A stretch of DNA of 32,000 nt. It comes from Propionibacterium freudenreichii subsp. freudenreichii. Lineage in GTDB: Bacteria > Actinomycetota > Actinomycetes > Propionibacteriales > Propionibacteriaceae. Shown piece after piece: positions 18,806 through 30,639 of this stretch. Under the pieces are notes generated by a model. The model had not been told where the DNA came from and searched no databases. It saw only the letters and a list, made by a program, of their open reading frames with translations. The stretch covers positions 1,470,001-1,502,000 of the forward strand of contig NZ_CP010341.1 in the NCBI RefSeq assembly GCF_000940845.1, in the 5' to 3' direction. Each line of letters starts with the position of its first letter. The stretch's first letter is position 1. The translations under genes were made by a program, and so were the position numbers.

Positions 18806-19716
18806 AATTCCTCCATCGTGGCGTCCCCGGTCCCACCGGCGCGGATCGGTGCCGGCTCGTGCCCCTCACGGACATCGGGCGCGACCGATGACTCTGTGGA
18901 GTCCACGGGGCCGGAGATGTCGAATTCGTTGCTGATGGACACCTCGCCCTCCTGGCGCCCGGTCCAACGCACCGTCAGCTCCCCCAGGGGCGTCAGCTGT
19001 TCGAAGGCCACGGCAGCATGGCGGAACAGCTCCAGCAGCGCCAGGAAGCGTGCCACGATCGTCATGCGATCGGCGTCGGCCGTCAGGGCACGGAAACTCA
19101 GCGTGCCCGCTGCGCGCAGCCGGGCAACGACCAGGTCGGCCTGCTCGGCGACGTTGACGGTGACGATGTGCAGCTGCTCCAGCGGCATGTCCAGGGCTTC
19201 GGCCGGGGTGAGGGCACGCACGGCGAGGGTCGCGAGTCGGTCCGCACCACCGGGAATCCTCAGTTCGGGCTGGACATCGAGGAAGCGGTCCTCCAGCCCA
19301 CCGGGGCGGGGGTGGACGAGTTCCTCACGGCGCATCGCGGCGGCGAAGACCTTCGAGATCTGCTTGAACGCCCGGTACTGCAGCAGTCGGGCGAACAACA
19401 GGTCGCGGGCCTCCAGCAGGGCGAGGTCCTCGGCGTCGTCCACCTCGCCCCCGGGCAACAGTCGCGCCGCCTTGAGGTCGAGCAGGGTGGCGGCCACCAC
19501 CAGGAAGCTGCTGGTCTGGTCCAGGTCCCAGGCGCGACCCCCGACGCGCACGTGCGCAATGAACTCGTCGGTCACCTTCGACAATGCGACTTCGGTGATG
19601 TCCAGCCGGTGCTTGTTGATCAGCTGCAACAACAGGTCGAAGGGCCCGTCGAAGTTGTCCAGGCGCACCCGGAAGCTGGACGATTCCCGGCCCTGCTCAG
19701 GGTTGGTGGATGTCAT
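18802..19716 (-). CDS. scpA: Segregation and condensation protein A (kleisin)
   Basis: FRVRLDNFDGPFDLLLQLINKHRLDITEVALSKVTDEF is the canonical ScpA N-terminus. ATG 19716 is chosen as the start. The track start GTG at 19731 is an alternative. Confidence 0.88.
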   Translation of the reverse strand: MTSTNPEQGRESSSFRVRLDNFDGPFDLLLQLINKHRLDITEVALSKVTDEFIAHVRVGGRAWDLDQTSSFLVVAATLLDLKAARLLPGGEVDDAEDLALLEARDLLFARLLQYRAFKQISKVFAAAMRREELVHPRPGGLEDRFLDVQPELRIPGGADRLATLAVRALTPAEALDMPLEQLHIVTVNVAEQADLVVARLRAAGTLSFRALTADADRMTIVARFLALLELFRHAAVAFEQLTPLGELTVRWTGRQEGEVSISNEFDISGPVDSTESSVAPDVREGHEPAPIRAGGTGDATMEEL

Positions 19717-19972
19717 TGCCGGCCTGAGCACCCAGGCGTCGCACCAGCCCGGACTCGGCCGAGCCCAGGTCTTCCAGCGCCATCGCTATCGCCTCGCGCA
19801 CGATGCGCCCGCGGTCGGCGCTGATCCGGTATTCGCCACGCAGCCTCACCCGTGCCTGTTCCAGCGCGAGGAGCTCGTCGGCGGAGAGGTAGATGGTGAT
19901 CTTCTCGTCGTGGCGCACCCGACCGCTCGAGGTGGGGCCCCCGGTACCGGATCCGGCTACTGGCGCGCGCAT
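19697..19972 (-). CDS. Small (up to 91 aa) hypothetical protein with a ribbon-helix-helix-like core
   Basis: The ORF fills the parA-like/scpA junction and overlaps both neighbours. The third codon position is overwhelmingly G/C, as in real genes here. The composition is not Arg/Pro junk. The core EKITIYLSADELLALEQARVRL...RGRIVREAIAMALEDL fits a beta-strand plus two helices (CopG/ParG-like). The start is uncertain (ATG 19972 or GTG 19918). Confidence 0.5.
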   Translation of the reverse strand: MRAPVAGSGTGGPTSSGRVRHDEKITIYLSADELLALEQARVRLRGEYRISADRGRIVREAIAMALEDLGSAESGLVRRLGAQAGNDIHQP

Positions 19973-20853
19973 CGCACCAGTACTTCCCGGGCGAGGCTGC
20001 GGTATGCCGCGGCCCCGGGTGACTTCGACGCATAGGTCGTGATGGGCTCGCCGGCAACGGTGGTCTCTGGGAAGCGGATCGTTCGGCGAATCACGGTATG
20101 GAAGACATCGTCGCCGAAGACCTCCAGCAGGCGCGCCAGTACCTGCCGGCTGTGCAGGGTGCGGGCGTCGAACATCGTGACAAGGACACCCAGCAGCCGC
20201 AGGTTGGGATTGATGCGCTCCGTCACCATGCTGACCGTGTCAGTGAGCAGGGCCACCCCCCGCAGCGCGAAGTACTCGGCCTCCATCGGGATGAGCACCT
20301 CATCGGAGGCGGTCAGCGCATTGATGGTGAGCAGGCCCAGGGAGGGGGCGCAGTCGATCAGGATGAAGTCATAGCGGTCGCGCACCGGATCGATGACCCT
20401 GCGCAGGGACTGTTCCCGGGCGACCTCACTGACCAGCTGCACTTCCGCAGCGGACAGGTCGATGTTGGCAGGCAGCAGGTCCAGACCCGGCATCCGGTTG
20501 TTGATCACCACGTCGTCGAAGCTGTACTCCCGGCTCATGAGCAGGTCATAGACGCTGTGGTCGAGCGTGTGCGGGTGAACGCCCAGGCCGAGTGAGGCCG
20601 AGCCCTGCGGGTCGAAGTCGACGAGCAGTACCGAGCGGCCGAGCTCGGTCAGCGCCGCGCCCAGGTTGATCGTCGTGGTGGTCTTTCCCACCCCGCCCTT
20701 CTGGTTGCACATGGCAATGACCGTGGCGCGCTTCGGGCCCTCCGCCAGGGGCGGTACGACGAGGTCGGGAAAGATCCTCCCGGTGGCGTCCAGCTGCCCG
20801 GGGACCTCATCACCATGGGCGTCTGCGGCGGCCTTGGACCCTTGCGCTGTCAT
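19957..20853 (-). CDS. Orphan ParA/Soj-like Walker ATPase (PldP / Rv1708-type, not the oriC parAB copy)
   Basis: The product has the deviant Walker A motif (MCNQKGGVGKTTTTINLG) and DFDPQGSAS. It sits in the conserved position between xerD and scpA. ATG 20853 is preceded by GAGGAG at 7 nt. The track ORF extension to 20970 is rejected. Confidence 0.9.
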   Translation of the reverse strand: MTAQGSKAAADAHGDEVPGQLDATGRIFPDLVVPPLAEGPKRATVIAMCNQKGGVGKTTTTINLGAALTELGRSVLLVDFDPQGSASLGLGVHPHTLDHSVYDLLMSREYSFDDVVINNRMPGLDLLPANIDLSAAEVQLVSEVAREQSLRRVIDPVRDRYDFILIDCAPSLGLLTINALTASDEVLIPMEAEYFALRGVALLTDTVSMVTERINPNLRLLGVLVTMFDARTLHSRQVLARLLEVFGDDVFHTVIRRTIRFPETTVAGEPITTYASKSPGAAAYRSLAREVLVRCARQ

Positions 20854-20937
20854 CTGGTTTCTCCTCGTCTCGTCTGTGCCCACAGTAGTGAAGGGGCGCG
20901 CCACGCCGCCAACACGACCTCGCCGCAGACCATGCCG

Positions 20938-20966
20938 GACACCGGCGCGGCGACCGCGCCGGTGTC
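20938..20966 (-). terminator. GC-rich 12 bp hairpin 8 nt downstream of the xerD stop (possible terminator or mRNA-stabilising stem)
   Basis: The sequence is GACACCGGCGCG-gcgac-CGCGCCGGTGTC, a perfect stem with a 5 nt loop and no U-tract. It lies in the 120 nt xerD/parA-like gap. Confidence 0.45.
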
Positions 20967-20973
20967 GCAAGGG

Positions 20974-21961
20974 TCAATCATGGGCCCTGGGAAAGGAACT
21001 GGAATAGACCTCGCGCAGCTGCTGGGCGGTCACTTCGGTGTAGATCTGCGTCGTCGAGACCGACGCGTGGCCGAGCAGTTCCTGCACGACGCGGATGTCT
21101 GCACCCCCGTCCAGCAGGTGCGTGGCGAAGGAGTGGCGAAGGCTGTGCGGGCCGATGTCAGCGGTGATCCCGGCCTGGCGTGCCCGCGTTCGCAGGGCCT
21201 CCCACGCGCTCTGGCGGGAGAGTCGGGCACCGCGGGTGTTGAGGAACAGTGCCGGGGTGAATTCCCTGGCACGTTCGGCCAGGGCGGGACGACCCCGCAC
21301 CAGCCAGGCCTGCACGGCGCTGCGCGCGTAGCTGCCCAGCGGCACGACGCGTTCCTTGTTCCCCTTACCGACCACCCGGAGGGGGCCATCTGGGTCTACC
21401 AGCACCCGGGTGAGGTCATCGACATCCAGGCTCAGGGCCTCGCTGATGCGGGCGCCCGTGCCGTAGAGCACCTCGAACAGGGCGGCATCGCGCAGGCCGA
21501 TCGGAGTCTGCCGCTCGATGGAGTCGATGAGCCGAGCGACCTCGTCGACGCCCAGAGCCTTGGGCAGGCGCTTGCCGGCTCGTGGCGGATGCAGTGCGGC
21601 CGCGACATTGTGGTCAACCAGGCCCTCGCGCGCGGCAAAGCCGTGGAACATGCGCACTGCCACCACGGCACGACCCACGCTGCTGGGCGCCAGGGCCTTG
21701 TGTGACGCGTCCCCGCGGGACAGCTCCTCCTCGAAGCTGGTCACATCAGCGGTCGTGATCCGGGAAGGATCGTCGATCCCGCGGGAGCTGAGGTGGCGCA
21801 GATACCGGGTCAGGTCGCGACGATAGGCGGCCACCGTGTTGGGTGACAGCCCGCGCTCGACTCCCAAGTGGTCCAGATAGTCCTCAAGCCAGTTTCCGAG
21901 TCGACCGGCAGTCGGCCCGGAAACTGGCTTGTTGCCATGCGATGGCGGATGGGCCGCACCG

Positions 21962-21969
<8 letters not shown>
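20974..21969 (-). CDS. xerD: Tyrosine site-specific recombinase XerD
   Basis: LEDYLDHLGVERGLSPNTVAAYRRDLTRYLRHL is followed by the catalytic C-terminus ...HSLRHSFATHLLDGGADIRVVQELLGHASVSTTQIYTEV. The start is uncertain. TTG 21969 overlaps the NUDIX stop by 8 nt and gives a length near typical XerD. ATG 22026 and ATG 22044 are alternatives inside the NUDIX gene. Confidence 0.88.
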
Positions 21970-26142
<4,173 letters not shown>

Positions 26143-26149
<7 letters not shown>

Positions 26150-27066
26150 GGTTCCGGGGTCGGGCGCTGCAGCCCGGGGCTGCGCCAGCCGTCGATGTTG
26201 AGGCCGAATTTCTTCACCAGGCGGGTTGTGAAGGGCTGCTCCCGCAGGCGGGCGATCTGCAGGTCATCCGGATTGCGGCGTACCCCGATCCGATACCCGG
26301 CGTGCACATCGACACTGCGGCGTCCATCGCACCACACCACCGCCCCCAGCGACATGTCCCCCACCATCCGCAGGTCGACCGTCGACGTGGGTGCCACGAC
26401 GCAGGCCGCCGAGAACAGTGCGTGGGCGGCTATCGGAACGACTTCGAATGCTTCGGTATTGGGCCACATCACCGGTCCCCCGCAGGAGAACGCATATGCC
26501 GTCGAGCCGGAGGCCGAGGCCACCAGGACGCCGTCACAGCCCCACCGCGACAGTGGGCGCTCGTCGATGGTCACCAACAGGTCGACCATCTTCTCGCGCG
26601 AGGCCTTCTCGGTGGAGACCTCGTTGACGGCGAAGGACTCCCACACGGTGCGTCCGTCGCCATCACGCACGGTGACGGCCAGGGTGAGTCGCTTCTCGAT
26701 CTCATAGTCGCGGTCGGCCACCTGCGCGATGAGCTCATCGATCTGGGAGGCCTCAAGCTCTGCCAGGAAGCCGACGTGGCCCAGGTTGACCCCTAGGAGG
26801 GGCACCCGGTGGGGCAGGGCCCACTCGGCGGACCGCAGAATCGTGCCGTCTCCCCCGAAGACCACCATCAGCTCCACCTGGGAGTCATTGGACAACGCGG
26901 CGATGCGCACATCGGGCAGTCGACGGCGCATCTCGGCGACGCGACTCTCCTCAACGACGCATTCGATCCCGTGAAGGTTCATTCCCGCGATGAACTCGGC
27001 CGCGCCATCAAGGGCCTCGGTCCTGACCGGATGCATGGTGATGGCGACGCGACGGCTTTGATTCAC
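26143..27066 (-). CDS. nadK: NAD(+) kinase
   Basis: The product has the GGDGT motif (VVFGGDGTILRSAEW) and the NE/D motif region. The start is trimmed to GTG 27066, which lies 7 nt after TAGGCT and gives about 308 aa. The track ORF extension to 27213 overlaps the upstream small ORF and is rejected. Confidence 0.88.
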
Positions 27067-27130
27067 GTCTTCCAGCCTAGCGATCCGACGAAGCTCGATG
27101 GACGAGGTTGCCCCCTCCGCGTGCGATCGT

Positions 27131-27370
27131 TCAGCGTGCAGGAGGATCCGGCATCGGGATGCCGGCATCGCGCGAGCCGTTGAGGATCGCCTGGAGCTGC
27201 TCCTGTGCGGCACCGAGGCGGGCGATGCGCTGCTCGACGTCCAGTGTCGGGAGCTGGCCGAGCGCCGCCAGTGCGCGGTCGACCTGGTCGTTGCCGGTGA
27301 CCGGCGGAAGTGGTGCGTCGTCCGGCGATGTGGGCGTCGGTTGGACGCTGCTGTCCCGGTCTGTGCTCAC
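27131..27370 (-). CDS. Small hypothetical protein (79 aa), Pro/Asp-rich N-terminus plus a predicted helical C-terminus
   Basis: Third-position G/C bias is high. The composition is non-junk (…QVDRALAALGQLPTLDVEQRIARLGAAQEQLQAILNG…). The GTG start lies 8 nt after TAGGCT. Its position upstream of nadK is where other actinobacteria also carry a small conserved ORF. No family was recognised. Confidence 0.45.
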   Translation of the reverse strand: MSTDRDSSVQPTPTSPDDAPLPPVTGNDQVDRALAALGQLPTLDVEQRIARLGAAQEQLQAILNGSRDAGIPMPDPPAR

Positions 27371-27442
27371 AATGCGAAAGCCTACCGGGTGTGCGCTGCG
27401 GTATCCCGGGGAGAGACTCCCTGTTCGGGGGCCGCTGCCTGG

Positions 27443-28051
27443 CTAGTCGCCCAGGCCGCGGGCCTGGAGGGCCTCCCCCACCTGGAGCGCATGCCCCACG
27501 GCGGTGACGAGTACCGGGGCGACGAACCGCCACGAGAAGCGCAGGCCCCTGGCGCGTGCCGCATCGCGAACATTGCGCACGGAGACGAGCAGATAGGGAA
27601 TCGAACTCCACATGACCGACACGGCGAGGGCGAATTTCTCGGGGTTCGCCCCGATGATCCGGAATGGCCTGGCGCAGGCCGCGATCCCGTCCATGATCAA
27701 CCCGCTGGGCGTGGTGGAGGTGATGATGCGCGCCAACCACAAGGTGGCGATCATTCCACAGGCGAAGACCACGCCCTCCTGCCAGGTGCGGAAGATCCAG
27801 TCATAGGCGACGATGACCGCGTTCATCACCAGCAGGCCCACGCCCGGGTTCAGCTGCGCGATCCCCATTCCCGAGCCGGCCACGACCAGCACGGCCGCCA
27901 CCGCGAAGGCGGCGAGGGACAGGGGCACGTTCTTCGCGAAGAATGGCACGACCCCGACCGCCACCAACAACAGATACTTGACCCACAGTGGGCACCGGTG
28001 CATCAGGCTGTGGCCCACCCGGTAGGCGCCCAGGAATGTCTCGGCGCTCAT
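27443..28051 (-). CDS. bioN: ECF transporter transmembrane (T) component, CbiQ/EcfT family (BioN)
   Basis: The 202 aa hydrophobic product has the EcfT-type C-terminal ARxxRG motif region (…VRNVRDAARARGLRF). It overlaps the upstream ATPase gene by ATGA. Confidence 0.85.
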   Translation of the reverse strand: MSAETFLGAYRVGHSLMHRCPLWVKYLLLVAVGVVPFFAKNVPLSLAAFAVAAVLVVAGSGMGIAQLNPGVGLLVMNAVIVAYDWIFRTWQEGVVFACGMIATLWLARIITSTTPSGLIMDGIAACARPFRIIGANPEKFALAVSVMWSSIPYLLVSVRNVRDAARARGLRFSWRFVAPVLVTAVGHALQVGEALQARGLGD

Positions 28052-28776
28052 CGTGGGTTACCCGCCGCAGCCCGGTCGGACATCATCGCCCGGTAGCGCG
28101 CAATGACCTCATCGGGATGCCCGTCGTCAATCAGCTCTCCGTCGTCGATGAGCAGCGCCCGATCCATGGCGGAGGCGAGGTCAAGGTCGTGGGTGGACAC
28201 GACCAACTGCTGCTCCAGTGCGTCGAAGGCCCGGGACAGCAGGATCCGGTTGCGCAGGTCCAGCAGGGTGGTGGGCTCGTCGGCGATCACGATGGTGGGC
28301 TGGACCGCGAGGACGGAGGCCAGCGATACGAGCTGGCGTTCGCCTCCCGACAACGCATGCACGCTGCGATTGGCAACCTTGCTGAGCCCGTGGTCCGCCA
28401 GGATCTGCAGGGCGCGCTCACGGCGTTCCGCGCGATGCGACACCGACGCACGCAGGCTCAGCTCCACCTCCTCGAGCGGGGTGGCCATGATCAGTTGGGC
28501 GCCGGGGTCGGTGAAGACATGTCCGACGTGGCGCCGTACCTCCTTGGGGCGCCGCGCCGGATCCAGCCCATCGACGAGGACTGTTCCTGCGCTCACCTTC
28601 ATCAGTCCATTGACCAGCTTCAACAGCGTGGACTTTCCCGACCCGTTCGCACCGATAACGGCCACCCGGTGCTCCACGAGTCGGGCCGTGACATTCGACA
28701 GGATGGTTGTCGTGGTGGGACGGCCCTCCAGGTCATATCCCTCGACCTGAACGCTGACGCCCTGGAAATCGATCAC
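28048..28776 (-). CDS. bioM: ECF transporter ATPase (A) component (BioM)
   Basis: Walker A (GANGSGKST), ABC signature (LSGGERQ) and Walker B (IVIADEPTTLLD) are all present. The gene sits between bioY and the T component. Confidence 0.9.
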   Translation of the reverse strand: MIDFQGVSVQVEGYDLEGRPTTTTILSNVTARLVEHRVAVIGANGSGKSTLLKLVNGLMKVSAGTVLVDGLDPARRPKEVRRHVGHVFTDPGAQLIMATPLEEVELSLRASVSHRAERRERALQILADHGLSKVANRSVHALSGGERQLVSLASVLAVQPTIVIADEPTTLLDLRNRILLSRAFDALEQQLVVSTHDLDLASAMDRALLIDDGELIDDGHPDEVIARYRAMMSDRAAAGNPR

Positions 28777-28789
28777 TTCAGGTTCTCTA

Positions 28790-29419
28790 TCACTTTGCCG
28801 AGTTCCGCGGACGGGGCATGAGCCTGGGATAGGCGAGGAACACGGCGGTGGCGAGCAATCCGGCCAGGACCGCCTTCAGGATGTCCCAGGGAAGGAAGAC
28901 AGCGGTGGTCGCGATGGCCTTGCCGAGCGTCAGGTGCAGCGGCCCGGCCATGAACCATGCGACCCCGAAGACGTGCACGACGCCGACACCCACGACGGCA
29001 ATCAGGCACAGCAGCACCGGCAGTACCCGGCGGCCCGGGCGACGACGCACCAGCGCGGTCATGATCGCGCCGCAGATCAGCCCGCAGGCGATGTAGCCAA
29101 CCAGGTATCCGCCCGAGGGGCCGATCAGCTTGGCCGGCCCCGACGCGCCCCCGGCAAACACCGGCAGTCCGGCGACGCCGACCAGGATGTAGAGCGCCAT
29201 CGACGCCCCACCGCGAATCGATCCCAGCACCAGGGGGGCGAGCAGCACGATGATCATGGCCAGGGAGAAGGGGATGGCGCCCACGGTGAAGATCGGCGGG
29301 ATGAGGGCGAAGACGGCCATCAGCGCGGCGAACACCGCGATCAGGGCAAGATCACTCGCCTGGAAGCCCTTGCCGGCCTCTTCGACGACGGTTCCAGCTT
29401 TGGCAGGTGTTGCTGTCAT
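28790..29419 (-). CDS. bioY: Biotin ECF transporter substrate-specific (S) component BioY
   Basis: The product has 5-6 TM segments and the BioY-type motif ...GLPVFAGGASGPAKLIGPSGGYLVGY... The operon order is bioY-bioM-bioN. Confidence 0.85.
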   Translation of the reverse strand: MTATPAKAGTVVEEAGKGFQASDLALIAVFAALMAVFALIPPIFTVGAIPFSLAMIIVLLAPLVLGSIRGGASMALYILVGVAGLPVFAGGASGPAKLIGPSGGYLVGYIACGLICGAIMTALVRRRPGRRVLPVLLCLIAVVGVGVVHVFGVAWFMAGPLHLTLGKAIATTAVFLPWDILKAVLAGLLATAVFLAYPRLMPRPRNSAK

Positions 29420-29529
29420 GGGATGTCCCCCTGTTCATGCGGTGGCCACAGATCCGCCGGCGACGTCGCCCGCGAAGCATGTGCACGACGCCCCGTGGGG
29501 ACCTCGCAGGATGAGCCTACCGAGTTTCA

Positions 29530-29542
29530 TGAACACTGTTCA
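29530..29542. promoter_or_regulatory. Perfect TGAAC-N3-GTTCA palindrome: candidate BioQ (TetR-type biotin regulator) operator of the bioYMN promoter
   Basis: TGAACactGTTCA lies 111 nt upstream of the bioY ATG. On the bioY strand it ends 10 nt upstream of a TAGGCT -10-like hexamer, so it covers the -35 position. It matches the operator consensus reported for actinobacterial BioQ regulons. Confidence 0.55.
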
Positions 29543-29607
29543 ATTGATCTCAGGGGAGGATCAGCCGAACAGCCCCGGCGACGGTGTGGAGTGGAGCGAT
29601 CCCGAAC

Positions 29608-30639
29608 CTAGTGGAGGGTGTCCAGGCCCTGCAGGGAGGCCCACGACTCGGGGGTCAGGCCACCATCATCGGACAGCTTCCACAGGAGCTGCAGGGCTGC
29701 CCAGAGGACGTCCAATTGCTCGTCGCGCCCCGGGGGAATCTCTTCCAGCTCGAGTGCCCCATCGATCAGTCGTACCTTCTGCTCGCCGCACCGTGCGACC
29801 AGTCCGTCGACGGTTGCCCGCCGCACGGGGGCCAGGAGTGCTCGCACATCGTAGCCGAGGTGGGTTGGCCGTTCCTGGGGAACCGCCTCCACCAGGTCCC
29901 GGACGCCGTGGGCGCCGGTGAAGACGAACAGGGAGTCCATCTGGGTGTTGAAGGCGCCCAGGATGTCGGTGTCAAGGCGGTCTCCCACGAAGATGGGATG
30001 CTGCGAGCCCAAACGTCGTTCGGTCTCGCGCAGCAGCGCGGGAAAGGGCTTCCCGGCAACCAGGGGTTCCCGGTCGGGGAAACATGCGCGCACGGCGTTG
30101 ACCTGCGTGCCGACTCCGGGCTCCAGCCCGAGGTCGGTGGGACGGGTCAGGTCGAGGTTGCAGGCAAACCACTGGGCTCCGGCCGCAATCGCATGGACCC
30201 CATCGGTGACGCGGGGCCATGTCATATCCGGGTCATAGCCCTGGATCACCGCAGCCGGCTCGTCCAGGCGGCTGTCCACGAGCGTGAAGCCCACCGAAGA
30301 GATCTCATCGGCCAGTGCCTGAGTTCCCAGGCAGAGGACGCGGGCACCCGGTTCGAGGGTTTCCTGCAGCATGCGTGCGGCGGCCTGGGCACTTGTCACC
30401 ACATCATCGATCGTGGATCGCACGCCGATGCGATTCAGCTGATCTGCAACGACCTGGGGAGGACGCGCGGCATTGTTGGTGACAAAGCCGACGCGCACTG
30501 CATGGGCACGCAGCCCGTCGACGGCCTGTGACGCACCGGGCACCGCATTCGGGCCCAGGTAGATGACGCCGTCAAGGTCGAACAGTGCGGCGTCGTACTG
30601 ATCGCACAGGGCTTGCTGGGGACCAACAACCGCCGTCAC
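29608..30639 (-). CDS. HAD-superfamily subfamily IIA hydrolase (NagD/Rv1692-like phosphatase)
   Basis: LFDLDGVIYLG (motif I), GFVTNNA (motif II) and FVGDRLDTDI (motif IV) are present, plus a C-terminal extra domain. The GTG start forms a GTGA overlap with the upstream TPR gene. Confidence 0.88.
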   Translation of the reverse strand: MTAVVGPQQALCDQYDAALFDLDGVIYLGPNAVPGASQAVDGLRAHAVRVGFVTNNAARPPQVVADQLNRIGVRSTIDDVVTSAQAAARMLQETLEPGARVLCLGTQALADEISSVGFTLVDSRLDEPAAVIQGYDPDMTWPRVTDGVHAIAAGAQWFACNLDLTRPTDLGLEPGVGTQVNAVRACFPDREPLVAGKPFPALLRETERRLGSQHPIFVGDRLDTDILGAFNTQMDSLFVFTGAHGVRDLVEAVPQERPTHLGYDVRALLAPVRRATVDGLVARCGEQKVRLIDGALELEEIPPGRDEQLDVLWAALQLLWKLSDDGGLTPESWASLQGLDTLH

